From positions 1-64,000 of IMG/VR virus record IMGVR_UViG_3300037067_001739: 64,000 nt of DNA; one strand, written 5' to 3'. The first letter of the stretch is position 1. The number at the start of each line of letters is the position of its first letter. The position numbers and the translations under genes were made by a program. Of the stretch, positions 10,779 through 21,587 are shown piece after piece. The notes below the pieces were generated by a model that worked only from the letters and a program-made list of their open reading frames with translations, was not told where the DNA came from and ran no database searches. Source of the stretch: a virus (lineage: Duplodnaviria > Caudoviricetes).

Positions 10779-11748
10779 TATTGCATTGGTTGATGACTTA
10801 AAGATTCGTCAACGTAGGGAACACGAAATACTTGGTGTGTGTCCCGTATGCGGCTGTCAAGACGCCAATTTCAATACTGCAAAGCTAAAGTGGAGATGTT
10901 GGCATTGTCCTGCCAAGGGAATCATCATTCCAGAGGAAGGATATGAGGTTAAGGAAGTTGAGGAAAAGGTTCTTGACATTCCTAGAGTGAGAGAACTTTA
11001 TGGTTCTATCGCTGACAAGTATCATGTAAACATCACACCACAAGTTATTAACTACCTCACAGGGAGAGGTCTAACGCAGAAGACCATAGATGACTTCAAA
11101 CTAGGTTTCTGTTCTACTGACTTTTATGATGAGTACACCAACCCATTAGCTGAAGATGCTGGTCTGGTCTATAGAGATTATCCAGCACTCACAAATAGGA
11201 TAACAATTCCGTACATAGCTAGGGGTGAGACTACTGATTTAAGAGGTAGGTTATTAGGTAAAAAGGATAACACACCAACATATGTAAGTTTATCAGGTAA
11301 TCACACATCAAGAGGAGCTACATACCTGTTCAATCATGATGTAATCTCTAAGAGCGATACGGTTATAATTACTGAGGGAGAGTTCAAAGCTATAGTAGGT
11401 TACCAACATGGTTTTCCAATGGTAGCAACTCCAGGCATTTTCGGGTGGCAGAGGGAGTGGTCTGAATTATTGAGAGATAAAGAAGTCATTCTTGCGGCTG
11501 ATTTTGATAGAATATCTGGTTTACGTTCTCCTGCTTATTTGATGGCTAAGTCTCTCATAAAGGAAATACCTCAGTTGAAGATTGCTGTTCTTAGAGTTGC
11601 TGGATATACTACTGATGGTAAGGTTGACGTTGACTCACTGATAAGCAATGGACATCTAAAGACATTTGAGAGAGCAATAAAGGGTGCAGTTGACGCACGT
11701 TGGTGGTTAAAGAGAGAGGTAACATACGGATATGCCAGAAAAAAATAA
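10756..11748 (+). CDS. DNA primase (DnaG-like)
   Basis: N-terminal CPVC...CWHC zinc finger, YLTGRGL, and TOPRIM motifs ITEGEFKA and DFD. Confidence 0.88.
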   Translation: MERAVNISIALVDDLKIRQRREHEILGVCPVCGCQDANFNTAKLKWRCWHCPAKGIIIPEEGYEVKEVEEKVLDIPRVRELYGSIADKYHVNITPQVINYLTGRGLTQKTIDDFKLGFCSTDFYDEYTNPLAEDAGLVYRDYPALTNRITIPYIARGETTDLRGRLLGKKDNTPTYVSLSGNHTSRGATYLFNHDVISKSDTVIITEGEFKAIVGYQHGFPMVATPGIFGWQREWSELLRDKEVILAADFDRISGLRSPAYLMAKSLIKEIPQLKIAVLRVAGYTTDGKVDVDSLISNGHLKTFERAIKGAVDARWWLKREVTYGYARKK

Positions 11749-13276
11749 TCTTACTCCAGAACAGATAGATGAGATTGACCTAAAAACTGAAGATGAGGAA
11801 GCTTTATTCGGTGAGGAAAAGACAGTAGTTGAGACTGCTGAAGAAGATAAGATTCCTGTGTCATATGAGTCTGCTGAAGAAGCGTTATTGTCCATGTTCA
11901 TTCAGGATGATGACATTGCATTGCACATAGCTCAGAGTGGTCTACGTGATATGCACTTTTTGAAGCGCAAGAATCGTTTGATGTTCCCAATTATTCTAAG
12001 TGTAAGACATACTAAGGGAGTGTGCAACTTTGACCTAGTTGCAGATGCACTTGAGAAGGAATCATTGCCTGATGGTCAGTCTGTTCTTGAGTATGTCGGT
12101 GGTCTAGGAGAATTAAGTAGAATTATCGAAATAGCACCACCTACAATGGACTTGAAAGTTGCTCAGGGATACATTGACATCATCTTCGAGCAGTACAAAT
12201 TGTCCAAGATTCGTGAAGCGGCGCATTGGTTGTCCAGCCAGAAGAAGTTTGATGAAATGAAGCTGGTTGACAAAGTTGCAGTAATCCAACAAATTTTGAG
12301 TGATGAGTCGCTCGGTAAATATGGACTTGTCCCCATTGATGTTCTTACTTCTGATGCTTATGAACGTTACAAGGATAGAAAAGCTAACCCTGATAAGTAT
12401 GAGAGTATAAAGACAGGATTCTATTGGGTTGAGAAGTATCGTGCAATAGCAAAGAAGAGAACAGCAGTCATTGGTGCGAGAACTAATATTGGTAAGAGTA
12501 TCTTAGTATCCAATATGATTACTCGTGCAATTCTTAATGACTACAAGGTTCTTCTATTTACACCTGAGTTGGATAAGGAAGAATACATAGACAGGATGCT
12601 GTGTGCTGAAGCTAAGGTTAGCTTAGATAATTGGAAAGCTGGCAAGATTAGCGATGCTGATAATGAAGCTATTGGTGCTGTACGGTATAAGTTGGCTCAG
12701 AAAGCACATAACCTTTATATAGAAGATAGGGGTTCTCAGAGTGCGGGATTCATTATCAACAGTATTAAGAAGCACATGCTCAATCATCAGGTTGACGTGG
12801 TAGTTATTGACTACTTACAGAAGCTTCGTTATTACGGCGATAATACCAAGAGAGCAATAACTGACATGATGGAGAAGTTCTGTTCTTTCGGTAAGGATAA
12901 TGACATTGCCATGATAATCGTTAGTCAGTTGAGACGTAGTGATAAACCAGAACCAGAGGTCAACGACCTGAAGGAAAGTGGTGACATTGAGAACTTTGCT
13001 GACAGCGTAATCTTACTACACCGTAATAGTGGGATAAGTCATACTGAACGTAAGAAGGGATGGTATAAGATAGCCAAGAATAGGCAAGGTCCGTTAACCG
13101 ACCCTGTAGAGCTTACGTTCAATGAAGATTATCTACGTTTCACCGAGAACGACATTCCTCAAGATGATGTGAATGATTATCAGAGTATCATTGCAGGTTA
13201 TGATGAGGGTGCTGATGAGGACATTAACGAGCAAAAAGTAGCGGAAAAAATTATTAAAGAGCAAGGAACGTTATAA
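11732..13276 (+). CDS. dnaB: Replicative DNA helicase (DnaB family)
   Basis: GARTNIGKS Walker A, VVIDYLQ, SQLRR, DLKESGDIENFAD, KNRQG. Confidence 0.93.
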   Translation: MPEKNNLTPEQIDEIDLKTEDEEALFGEEKTVVETAEEDKIPVSYESAEEALLSMFIQDDDIALHIAQSGLRDMHFLKRKNRLMFPIILSVRHTKGVCNFDLVADALEKESLPDGQSVLEYVGGLGELSRIIEIAPPTMDLKVAQGYIDIIFEQYKLSKIREAAHWLSSQKKFDEMKLVDKVAVIQQILSDESLGKYGLVPIDVLTSDAYERYKDRKANPDKYESIKTGFYWVEKYRAIAKKRTAVIGARTNIGKSILVSNMITRAILNDYKVLLFTPELDKEEYIDRMLCAEAKVSLDNWKAGKISDADNEAIGAVRYKLAQKAHNLYIEDRGSQSAGFIINSIKKHMLNHQVDVVVIDYLQKLRYYGDNTKRAITDMMEKFCSFGKDNDIAMIIVSQLRRSDKPEPEVNDLKESGDIENFADSVILLHRNSGISHTERKKGWYKIAKNRQGPLTDPVELTFNEDYLRFTENDIPQDDVNDYQSIIAGYDEGADEDINEQKVAEKIIKEQGTL

Positions 13277-13277
13277 G

Positions 13278-13730
13278 ATGGCATTTAAGAAGGGTAAAGC
13301 ATTCGAGAAAGAGACTGCTGAGGTCGCTGGTAAATATGGGAAGAGGATACCTAGTTCTGGAGCTTTTGGTACGACTATGGGTGAGAGAGCTTTAGCAGGT
13401 GATGTAAAGTGGGTTTTCCCTTGGAGTATGGGTGGTGGTAAAGAGGTTCATATTGAGTGTAAACATGGTTATGATAGGAGCAAGAAAGAGCAGAAATCTA
13501 TGACCATTTATCGTGAATGGTTTGACAAGCATTTAACTCAGGCAAAGGCACTTGACTTTGTACCTATGTTTGCATTTAAGTTTAAGTTTACTCAGCAGAA
13601 TGGTATGAGTAAATTCGTCTTGATTCCATTTCCTGTGATGGAAAAGCTTATCAAGGACATGGAAAACATGTATCTGGAGCTAGAAGAGTTGAGAAATGAG
13701 CAGGCGAAGCGAAAAGCAACGACTCCTTAA
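13278..13730 (+). CDS. Holliday junction resolvase (Hjc-like PD-(D/E)XK)
   Basis: KGKAFEKE...SGA...GD...IECK. Confidence 0.7.
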   Translation: MAFKKGKAFEKETAEVAGKYGKRIPSSGAFGTTMGERALAGDVKWVFPWSMGGGKEVHIECKHGYDRSKKEQKSMTIYREWFDKHLTQAKALDFVPMFAFKFKFTQQNGMSKFVLIPFPVMEKLIKDMENMYLELEELRNEQAKRKATTP

Positions 13731-13883
13731 TGAAGAATTTGACGATTATAAAATCAATTTTAATAGAGTCTTAAAGAGGAATTCGAAGAACCTAAGTAAG
13801 CTAAAGGATGCAGAACGTAGACGTAAGAATAAGAATTACGCTAAGAGAAGACGTGGCAATTTTATATTTAGAAGGGGATAGGT

Positions 13884-14495
13884 ATGGAGATTATTGAACC
13901 TTATGTTCAAATTATGGATGATGTAGACGAGTTGCACATCCTTGGTAAACTAGAACTCTGTGGGCGGACAGCTTATAAATCAGAGGATAAGATAACCAAG
14001 GACTCCGCTGGTAGGTTTATTCGTTCTATCATCAAGTCAGGGCATGGAAGCGTGTTGGAACACGTGAATATCACAGTAAAATTTGTATGTGATAGAGGTG
14101 TAACTCATGAGCTTGTTCGTCACCGCATAGCTTCTTATACCCAAGAATCTACTAGGTATTGTAACTATTATAAGAAGGGTGTCGTGTTCATTCGTCCACC
14201 TTGGGGATTCGATGATGAAGACTTAGAATTTCTTGAGAGAGTCGAATTGCAGTACAATAATAAGATTAGCGAAGGACAGACACCACAGCAAGCAAGGGCA
14301 TTTCTGCCCAACTGTCTGAAGACGGAGATAGTTACTACAATGAATGTACGAGAGTGGAGACATGTTTTGGGTCTAAGGACTAAACCAGACTGTCACCCAC
14401 AGATGCGTCAAGTAATGTTGATGTTACTCAAAGAGTTTAAGCGTGAGTTACCCCTACTATTTGAGGATATTGATGACAGTGGACAATTGGAGTAA
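13884..14495 (+). CDS. thyX: FAD-dependent thymidylate synthase
   Basis: GHGSVLEH, HELVRHRIASYTQESTRY, ARAFLP, HPQMR. Confidence 0.96.
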   Translation: MEIIEPYVQIMDDVDELHILGKLELCGRTAYKSEDKITKDSAGRFIRSIIKSGHGSVLEHVNITVKFVCDRGVTHELVRHRIASYTQESTRYCNYYKKGVVFIRPPWGFDDEDLEFLERVELQYNNKISEGQTPQQARAFLPNCLKTEIVTTMNVREWRHVLGLRTKPDCHPQMRQVMLMLLKEFKRELPLLFEDIDDSGQLE

Positions 14496-14670
14496 ATTAA
14501 ACGAGATAGTACAAAATGTACTAGCGTTGGGTATTGTTGGAACTTATTTATATCTTGTTATTATTGGTGCAACAGTGCCACTAGCGTTAGTAGGTTTCGC
14601 CACAGCGGTTTTGTTGTATTTTGGATTCAAAGCTTACAAGAATGGTACGAATGGTAATGGGTCTAAATAG
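14473..14670 (+). CDS. Small two-TM membrane protein (holin-like)
   Basis: Two hydrophobic helices and a short polar C-tail. Confidence 0.4.
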   Translation: MTVDNWSKLNEIVQNVLALGIVGTYLYLVIIGATVPLALVGFATAVLLYFGFKAYKNGTNGNGSK

Positions 14671-14859
14671 ATACTATAAATTATTTACCAAAAAAGATAT
14701 ACCTAATGACGAGGAGCGTAGGGCAGTGAACTGTTACTATGCCACACTTGTTCCATGTGATGAGAAGTTTGCGAAAAAGTGTAGACAGGAATCGTATCGG
14801 CTTTGGCGAAACTGCCCAAAACAGACTGGTAAAAGATACAAAGGAGAAGGCAACGAGAA

Positions 14860-15912
14860 ATGATAGATTGGACTTTTGATAAGTCAAGAAGATTGACTGA
14901 GCTTGTTTGTGACCCCGAAGAATATAGCGAAAGCGAAATTGCCAAAATCATGACAGATGAGTTTGGTGAGGAATTTAGTAGGGATGCTGTTCACAATAAA
15001 ATTATTAGGCTCAGTGCTAGAACACTTCTTGATAGACCTGTGACGGATATAATGCCTTACTACAGTAAGTATAAGGACATTATCGAAAGCGAAGAACCTA
15101 TAGACAAGACGTTTGAGATTGCTCAGAATGAGATGTCTATAGAGCTTCCAAAAGATAAACTTACGATTCTCCATCTTGGAGATTTGCACATTCCATTCCA
15201 GAGTGATGACCAGATTCAGGTAGCAATGAATCGTCATGCTTCAGCAGACATTGTTCTCACAACTGAGGTACTTGACTGTTACTCAATTTCAAGATTTAAT
15301 AAGAACCTGAGTGTTCCTTTTGAAGTAGAGGTTGATAATGCTGTAAGGTACTTCGAGACATTGAGCGAGAACTTTCCATTAACCATTGTTACATCTGGTA
15401 ATCATGATAAGAGAATAGACAAAGCATTTATGAAGGGTGTTCCACCTGCTCTATTGTGGTTGGTCAAGGGTAGCATATTGAAGCTTCTTGCAAGACCATT
15501 CCCAAACATTATTGTGGCTGAGTCACCTGTTCTACAGATAAATGATGCGGTATTTGCTCATGCTGAATACTTCTCAAAGGTTGATTTGAAAGCGGCTATG
15601 AATGTTAGAGACTTCCTCAATGAGTGGAAAGATACGCTTAATCTGCGTAATTTCCGTCTAGTGGTCGAGTCTCATACTCACATGCTTGGTGCAACCTACA
15701 GAAGTGGTAACATGAAGATTATGGAAAGTGGCTGTCTTTGTAAAGTCCCTGACTATTCTGTAGCTGGATTCTACAATAAGCCACAGACTAATGGTTATAT
15801 TGTTATCGTTCAGAAAGATGGAAAGACAGACTTTAATCTCACCAGAGAGTATTCATTCCCAACGGAGAAGTACATTCCGAATAGTCCTACTGGTGTGAGG
15901 TTCGAGATATAA
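14860..15912 (+). CDS. Calcineurin-like metallophosphoesterase
   Basis: GDLHIP, GNHD and SHTH motifs. Confidence 0.82.
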   Translation: MIDWTFDKSRRLTELVCDPEEYSESEIAKIMTDEFGEEFSRDAVHNKIIRLSARTLLDRPVTDIMPYYSKYKDIIESEEPIDKTFEIAQNEMSIELPKDKLTILHLGDLHIPFQSDDQIQVAMNRHASADIVLTTEVLDCYSISRFNKNLSVPFEVEVDNAVRYFETLSENFPLTIVTSGNHDKRIDKAFMKGVPPALLWLVKGSILKLLARPFPNIIVAESPVLQINDAVFAHAEYFSKVDLKAAMNVRDFLNEWKDTLNLRNFRLVVESHTHMLGATYRSGNMKIMESGCLCKVPDYSVAGFYNKPQTNGYIVIVQKDGKTDFNLTREYSFPTEKYIPNSPTGVRFEI

Positions 15913-16242
15913 TGTACAACATTCAGGGTGACGGTAGTTTCCACCACACAGTTATTCATAGAGACGGTAAAAAGATTTCTTGGAAAGAATGCGAGTTCAG
16001 AATTAACCAAGAAGAGGGTTGTGTAGCGGTGGTTGATGGTGTTCATGGTAAGATTGACCGCATGATACTAAGTGGAGTCTATATGATAATTAGTGAGGGG
16101 CAGTATAATAATACTCGTCTGTTCTACATGAAGGAAATGCTTCATGGTATACAGTGGGTAAAGGGAATTATTAAAGATAATGGTCACCCTCAGTTGACAA
16201 TAGGAACAATACTACTACCAAATTTAGTGGAGTTAAAGGAAG

Positions 16243-16680
16243 ATGTATGAGGCTTGGGCAGACGGTTCAGTTAGGGACGGTAATCCTGGAATTGCGGGGT
16301 TTGCTTTATATGTTGAACATGACGGCACACCTGTCTATAAGAATGCTTTAATACTCCCGATACGTGGTACAAATAACGAAGCGGAGTATGAGGCTGTTCT
16401 AGCGGCTATTCAATATCTCAGGGTTATAAACAATGAAAGAGAAGACTGCACGATTTATACGGATAGTCAACTTGTTCATGGTCAGGTAGCTCAAAATTGG
16501 AAGTGCAACTTTGACCACCTTAGAAAGAGACGAGACGAGGCAAAGCGACTTATAAACGACTTACCGTTCTCGATAACTTTAAGATGGGTGAAAAGGTTCA
16601 AGAACACAATAGCGAATGAACTGGCTCAAGCCATTACACAAGCAGAGAAGGAGAGGAAATGCCAGAATTCAACGAAGTAA
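16243..16680 (+). CDS. Ribonuclease HI family protein
   Basis: WADGS...GNPG, TNNEAEYEA, YTDSQL, N..ANELA. Confidence 0.9.
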   Translation: MYEAWADGSVRDGNPGIAGFALYVEHDGTPVYKNALILPIRGTNNEAEYEAVLAAIQYLRVINNEREDCTIYTDSQLVHGQVAQNWKCNFDHLRKRRDEAKRLINDLPFSITLRWVKRFKNTIANELAQAITQAEKERKCQNSTK

Positions 16681-17066
16681 AAGATAGTGGGCAACGTCAA
16701 GAGTTTGACACTGGAAGTAAAAGAGATACTAGGGATGGGAAGGGTCGTTATGACCTAGTTCCACCTTATGCACTGTCAAGATTGGCAAGGCACTATGAAA
16801 ATGGTGCTAAGAAATATGGTGATAGGAATTGGGAAAAGGGGCAACCTCTGGCACGTTATTTGGATTCCATGATTCGTCATGCGTACAGGTTTCTTGGTGG
16901 TAGCCGTGACGAAGACCATTTAGCGGCAGTGGCTTGGAATGCTCTCGCTTACATTGAGACTGAGGAAAGAATACGTAGAGGTATTCTTCCTGCTGAACTT
17001 GATGATGTTGAACCAGTGAGGAAAACATTAAATGGAGAAACACAAGAGCAAAGCACTGGAAAATGA
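16659..17066 (+). CDS. dATP/dGTP diphosphohydrolase-like protein (DUF5664 type)
   Basis: GKGRYDLVP...GAKKYGDRNWEKG...RH...DHLAAVAWN. Confidence 0.78.
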   Translation: MPEFNEVKDSGQRQEFDTGSKRDTRDGKGRYDLVPPYALSRLARHYENGAKKYGDRNWEKGQPLARYLDSMIRHAYRFLGGSRDEDHLAAVAWNALAYIETEERIRRGILPAELDDVEPVRKTLNGETQEQSTGK

Positions 17067-17445
17067 ATGCCTGTGTGCTAAGTGCATATTCAGGTTTCAA
17101 TGTTTCACTCAAGAGCGTGTGTTCTCTGACCCTATCTATCAAGGTTTGTTCGAGGCTTTGATGGCAAAGGGTAGGAGCAGAGAAGAGGCTGTTGATGAAG
17201 TAGCGAATGAGATAAAAAATAAGATTGCGGGTGGTTTCCGTGTTACTTTGGATGACATTACACCATATGTACCACAACCAAACACGACAATTCAACCATA
17301 CTATCCGCAATGGCAAACATATTGTAGCGACAATGTTAGTGTTCAGCAACAAGAGAATGGTAGCTTACAAATAAGCTATACGTTGTTGGATGGAGAGGAA
17401 GTTAGTTGGTATGCAGGTTCAGAAGACTGCTCTAGGAACTTATGA
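17032..17445 (+). CDS. Hypothetical protein with CxxCxxRFxCFT motif
   Basis: CAKCIFRFQCFT. Confidence 0.6.
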   Translation: MEKHKSKALENECLCAKCIFRFQCFTQERVFSDPIYQGLFEALMAKGRSREEAVDEVANEIKNKIAGGFRVTLDDITPYVPQPNTTIQPYYPQWQTYCSDNVSVQQQENGSLQISYTLLDGEEVSWYAGSEDCSRNL

Positions 17446-19450
17446 GTTCATTGAAAAAGATTCCGAAGTCCCATCAGTGATTTCGGAGATAGAACAGCAT
17501 AAGTACATCTGCCTTGACACTGAGAATAGTGGTGGACTTGACCCTCTTGCAAAAGAGATAAGGGTCTTACTACTACAGCTTGGTGTGGGTTCTAAGGCTT
17601 ATGTTGTAGATGTCAGAAAAGTTAATATCAATCTGTTCAGTGACATCCTTTCTAATAAGAAGTGGATTAAGATAATTCAGAATGCTATTTATGACTTTAA
17701 GCTAATAAAGCATGTCTACAACATTCCAGTTAGAGGATTGTTCGATACCAAAACCGCAGAATCCTTACTACAAGCTGGACTCGATAGAACTAGCAACTCC
17801 TTGGAGAATCTGGCACTCAAGTATTCTGATATAAAGATGGCTAAGGATACAGTAATGACGTTTGTTAACCATCCTTATGATGCCCCATTTTCTGATGAGC
17901 AGTTAAGGTATGCGGCGGATGATGTCTTGGTTCTACCAGATATTCATAGGCAACAACAGATGTATCTCAATCAACTAGGACTTAATGGGATTGCTGAATT
18001 AGAGTTTGCCTTGATTGAACCTGTGGCAGAGATGGAGTTAAAGGGTGTAAGGATTGACTCTGAAATGTGGGGTAGAAGCTTAGATAACACTAAGAAGAAA
18101 CTGTTCATGGTCAGCAATGACTTGAGAACTGTATTACCAGCACCTCCACCTCCCCCTCCAAAACCTGTCAGGTTGAGAAAAGATGGCACACCTTATGCTA
18201 ATACGGCAAAAATAAAACCACCACCTGTTCTTAATCTTGATAGCTGGCAACAGTTGGTCACATCATTTAAGGGTGTTGGTGTTGATTTGGAAGAGGTCAA
18301 TAAGAAGACCAAGAAAGGTCCAACTAACAGCACTACTATAAAGTTTGCTCAAACTGTCTATCGTTCTGAACCAGAGAAGGTCAAGGTATTGAAGAATCTT
18401 ATGGTTTACAGAGCGTTGAACCAGGTTAAGAAAACGTTTGGTGATAATTTGCTTGACCACATCAGAGACGATGGAAGAATTCATGCAAGATTTCATCCAA
18501 ACGGAACAGATAGTGGTAGGTTTAGTAGTACCGACCCTAACTTGCAGAACATTCAGAAGAAGGGTGAAGAGGGTAAGATTCTAAGGTCTTGCTTCATTCC
18601 TGCTGAGGGGTATAAATACATCATTGCTGACTATTCTCAGATTGAGTTGAGAATTGTCGCAGAGTTAAGTAAAGACCCTCTAATGCTGGCTATTCTTGCA
18701 GACCCAAAGGGTGACATTCACAGAGGTACAGCTTCTCAGATGTACAAAGTACCTTATGACAAGGTATCTGGTGATTTGAGAAGAGCGGCTAAGACCCTAA
18801 ACTTTGGTATCATCTACGGTATGATGGTAAAAACGTTATCGGAAAGACTTAACTGTTCTTCCGAGGAAGCGGCAAAAGCTCTAGCTTTATATAATGAGAC
18901 GTATCAAGTTATGATGGGATGGTTGGAGACTGAGGGTAACAAAGCTTACAACAGGCATTGGTCTAAGACTATTGGTGGCAGGATTCGTTTCTTTCCTGAA
19001 CTTGACCAGAAGAAGTTCGAAACGATTCGTGATTTCAACAACATGATTGACTACTATAAGAGAGTTGGTAGAAATCATCCTGTTCAGGGAACGTCCGCTG
19101 ATATGACTAAGACAGCTATTGTATTGCTGTTCTATCCTCTAAGAAAACTTGGAGCAACAATCGTTAATACTATTCACGATGAGGTTTGTGTGGAAGTACC
19201 AGAGGAAAACACAATAGAAGCGGCAAAACTGGTGAAAGAAAAAATGATTCTAGCTGGACAGAGATTCTTGAGTAAAGTTCCTGTTCTGGTAGACGTTAAA
19301 ATCAGAGATTGCTGGTATAAGGATGACTTCGATTCAGCAAAGCTTGGTATTCAAGATGATGAAGAAGGACAACAGTTGATGCTGATGCCGAATAAGTGGG
19401 GTCTTGACGAAATCGGAGAGAGCGAAGATGATGAATCTAATGAGGAGTAA
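17390..19450 (+). CDS. Family A DNA polymerase with 3'-5' exonuclease domain
   Basis: Exonuclease motifs CLDTE and YAADD; polymerase motifs SGRFSSTDPNLQNI, ADYSQIELR, RRAAKTLNFGIIYG, IHDE. Confidence 0.96.
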   Translation: MERKLVGMQVQKTALGTYEFIEKDSEVPSVISEIEQHKYICLDTENSGGLDPLAKEIRVLLLQLGVGSKAYVVDVRKVNINLFSDILSNKKWIKIIQNAIYDFKLIKHVYNIPVRGLFDTKTAESLLQAGLDRTSNSLENLALKYSDIKMAKDTVMTFVNHPYDAPFSDEQLRYAADDVLVLPDIHRQQQMYLNQLGLNGIAELEFALIEPVAEMELKGVRIDSEMWGRSLDNTKKKLFMVSNDLRTVLPAPPPPPPKPVRLRKDGTPYANTAKIKPPPVLNLDSWQQLVTSFKGVGVDLEEVNKKTKKGPTNSTTIKFAQTVYRSEPEKVKVLKNLMVYRALNQVKKTFGDNLLDHIRDDGRIHARFHPNGTDSGRFSSTDPNLQNIQKKGEEGKILRSCFIPAEGYKYIIADYSQIELRIVAELSKDPLMLAILADPKGDIHRGTASQMYKVPYDKVSGDLRRAAKTLNFGIIYGMMVKTLSERLNCSSEEAAKALALYNETYQVMMGWLETEGNKAYNRHWSKTIGGRIRFFPELDQKKFETIRDFNNMIDYYKRVGRNHPVQGTSADMTKTAIVLLFYPLRKLGATIVNTIHDEVCVEVPEENTIEAAKLVKEKMILAGQRFLSKVPVLVDVKIRDCWYKDDFDSAKLGIQDDEEGQQLMLMPNKWGLDEIGESEDDESNEE

Positions 19451-19458
19451 ATAAAGGA

Positions 19459-20031
19459 ATGGAAGAACATACGAGTCAATACGACAAAGACCTTCATTAT
19501 ATGAGGGAAGCTAAACTTTGGATGGGCAGAAGTAAGTGCTTGTCCAGAAAAATTGGGACTGTTCTGGTAAAAGATGACCAAGTAATCGCTACAGGTTATA
19601 ACGGTCCACCTAAAGGTGTTCCGCACTGTGACCACAGAGACAATAAGGGTAATTATTGTTACGAACTTGTGGCAGACGAGTGTCCTCGTAGACGAATGGG
19701 TTTTCCTAGTGGTGAGGGAATGGAGCATTGTGTCGCTGTTCATGCGGAAATAAATCCAATTATGCAAGCGGCTAGGGAAGGACGTTCTACAGTTGGTGCG
19801 ACTCTCTATGCGTATTGTGGTACACCATGTGTAAACTGTATGAAAGAGATAGTACAAGCAGGAATCAAGAGAGTTGTATGTCTTGGTAAGAGTGGTTCAA
19901 GTTACGCACCAATCAAGGATGGTGACAATCCTGCAAAGAAGGACTATAACTTCCCGCTATCTGAGCAATTGGCAAAGGTTGCTGGTGTTCAGTTGGATGT
20001 GATAACTGAGGAAGAGGTTAATAATGGCTAG
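19459..20031 (+). CDS. dCMP deaminase
   Basis: TGYNGPP, HAEIN, PCVNC. Confidence 0.9.
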   Translation: MEEHTSQYDKDLHYMREAKLWMGRSKCLSRKIGTVLVKDDQVIATGYNGPPKGVPHCDHRDNKGNYCYELVADECPRRRMGFPSGEGMEHCVAVHAEINPIMQAAREGRSTVGATLYAYCGTPCVNCMKEIVQAGIKRVVCLGKSGSSYAPIKDGDNPAKKDYNFPLSEQLAKVAGVQLDVITEEEVNNG

Positions 20032-21064
20032 TGATGTAAAAGAGCTTGTTAAAGCAATATTAGACAAAACAGATAGCTTATACGTACCTAAAGGAAAGGT
20101 TACTTGGAGATTACCTACGGGAATACCATCATTAGATAAAATCCTTGGTGGTGGATTACCTGGTGGTTCAATTGTTCAGGTATACGGTCCTCCAGGATGC
20201 GGAAAGACTAGCTTAGTGTATGCTGTCGCAGGACAAGCAGTAAAGCTCGGTTACAAGACATTATTTGTTCCACTGGAGGGATTCAGTAACCAGTATGCAG
20301 AAGCATGTGGTATTGATATTAAATCTGATAACTTTGTACCGATTTCTGCTGATTACGCTGAACAAATCTTCAACTTTACGGTTGAAGCTGTTCGTAACTA
20401 TGACGTAAAGGTTGTGGTAATGGACTCCATCTCTGCGGCTGTTCCGAAAGAAAATCTTGACAAGAAGCAAAAGGTCAGCAATCTTGACAAGGGATTGAAG
20501 CCTGGAGAGAAAGCCAGATTAGTTGGGCATTTCATCGAGCAACTCCAAGCACCTGTTCGCAGAAAAGAGATTTTGTTTGTTACCGTGAATCAGTTGCGTT
20601 CTGATATTGGTAAGTTTGTGTCAGGTCTAAAGCCTGGTGGTGGCATGGCTTTGCAGTATTACTCCGACATCAAGATTTCTCTATGGGGTAAGAATGATAT
20701 GGCAAAGCAGGAGATTGAGACCAGTGTTAGAGTAGACAAGGGTAAGGATTGGGATGTCATTCCTTTTGGTGTGACAACACTATATTTCCACCACGCAAAG
20801 GGAGTTGATATTGAGAGAGATATTCTCACCGTCTGTGAAAAGGTTGGAATCGTAAAGAAAAGCGGTTCTTGGTATAGCTACATAGATAGCAAAAAGAAAG
20901 AACAGAAATACCAAGGATTGGACAACTTTACCGAGGCTCTGAGAAATAACAGTGCTCTCAGAGAGGAACTACTACAGAAAGCGACAGTTGCCGCATATGA
21001 CGCAGAGATTAGGAAAGATGGTACAGAAGAGAGCGAGGACGGAAGCGTTGGAACAACTGAGTAA
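20024..21064 (+). CDS. RecA/UvsX-like recombinase
   Basis: TGIPSLDKILGGGLP, GPPGCGKT, VVMDS, NQLR, PGGGMALQYYS, KKSGSWYSY. Confidence 0.92.
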   Translation: MASDVKELVKAILDKTDSLYVPKGKVTWRLPTGIPSLDKILGGGLPGGSIVQVYGPPGCGKTSLVYAVAGQAVKLGYKTLFVPLEGFSNQYAEACGIDIKSDNFVPISADYAEQIFNFTVEAVRNYDVKVVVMDSISAAVPKENLDKKQKVSNLDKGLKPGEKARLVGHFIEQLQAPVRRKEILFVTVNQLRSDIGKFVSGLKPGGGMALQYYSDIKISLWGKNDMAKQEIETSVRVDKGKDWDVIPFGVTTLYFHHAKGVDIERDILTVCEKVGIVKKSGSWYSYIDSKKKEQKYQGLDNFTEALRNNSALREELLQKATVAAYDAEIRKDGTEESEDGSVGTTE

Positions 21065-21217
21065 TTTGTGGTACGATGCTTGTGTCGAGCTTTGGGGTAT
21101 GACAGATGATAGACCATACCTGAAGGATGAAGCAACCATGTGGGACGCTTTTCGCTTTGTCTACATGAGATTCGTTGAACCTGATGGCTCAGGTCGTAGA
21201 AGTGTAGGAGAGGTATA

Positions 21218-21586
21218 ATGTATCCAGAAAGACCAAATGTAGAAGAATTTATTAAGCTTGTTGATAATCTTGCAGATGTTCAAGATGAGCTTAACAAGAT
21301 GGAATATGAGTATAGCAAAAAGGTGGCTAACAATGTCAGGAGTGCCATACAGCGTGGTGCAAAGACCAGAGAATTAGATTGTGTGAAAGTCTTAGGCAAT
21401 TCCGAGGAAGAAGAAAAGGTTCTAGACGGCTTACAACAACAGATTTTTGATAGGAAGAAAGCCATTCGGATTTTGTGGGGTAAAATAGAGGCATGGAAAG
21501 CACAGAAGGAACTGTATAGGACTGACAGTTATCATACGATTACTGGTAAACCTGATAAGAGTTTCTTCTCCGAAGAAGGAGAGTAA
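21218..21586 (+). CDS. Hypothetical coiled-coil protein (possibly UvsY-like)
   Basis: Helical protein next to the recombinase; GGAGAGG RBS. Confidence 0.35.
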   Translation: MYPERPNVEEFIKLVDNLADVQDELNKMEYEYSKKVANNVRSAIQRGAKTRELDCVKVLGNSEEEEKVLDGLQQQIFDRKKAIRILWGKIEAWKAQKELYRTDSYHTITGKPDKSFFSEEGE

Positions 21587-21587
21587 T

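Noticed and set aside
18135-18230. Intein or intron in the DNA polymerase at the poly-Pro stretch
   Set aside because: It is a short in-frame Pro/Lys-rich insertion with no intein C/S...HN termini or LAGLIDADG motifs.
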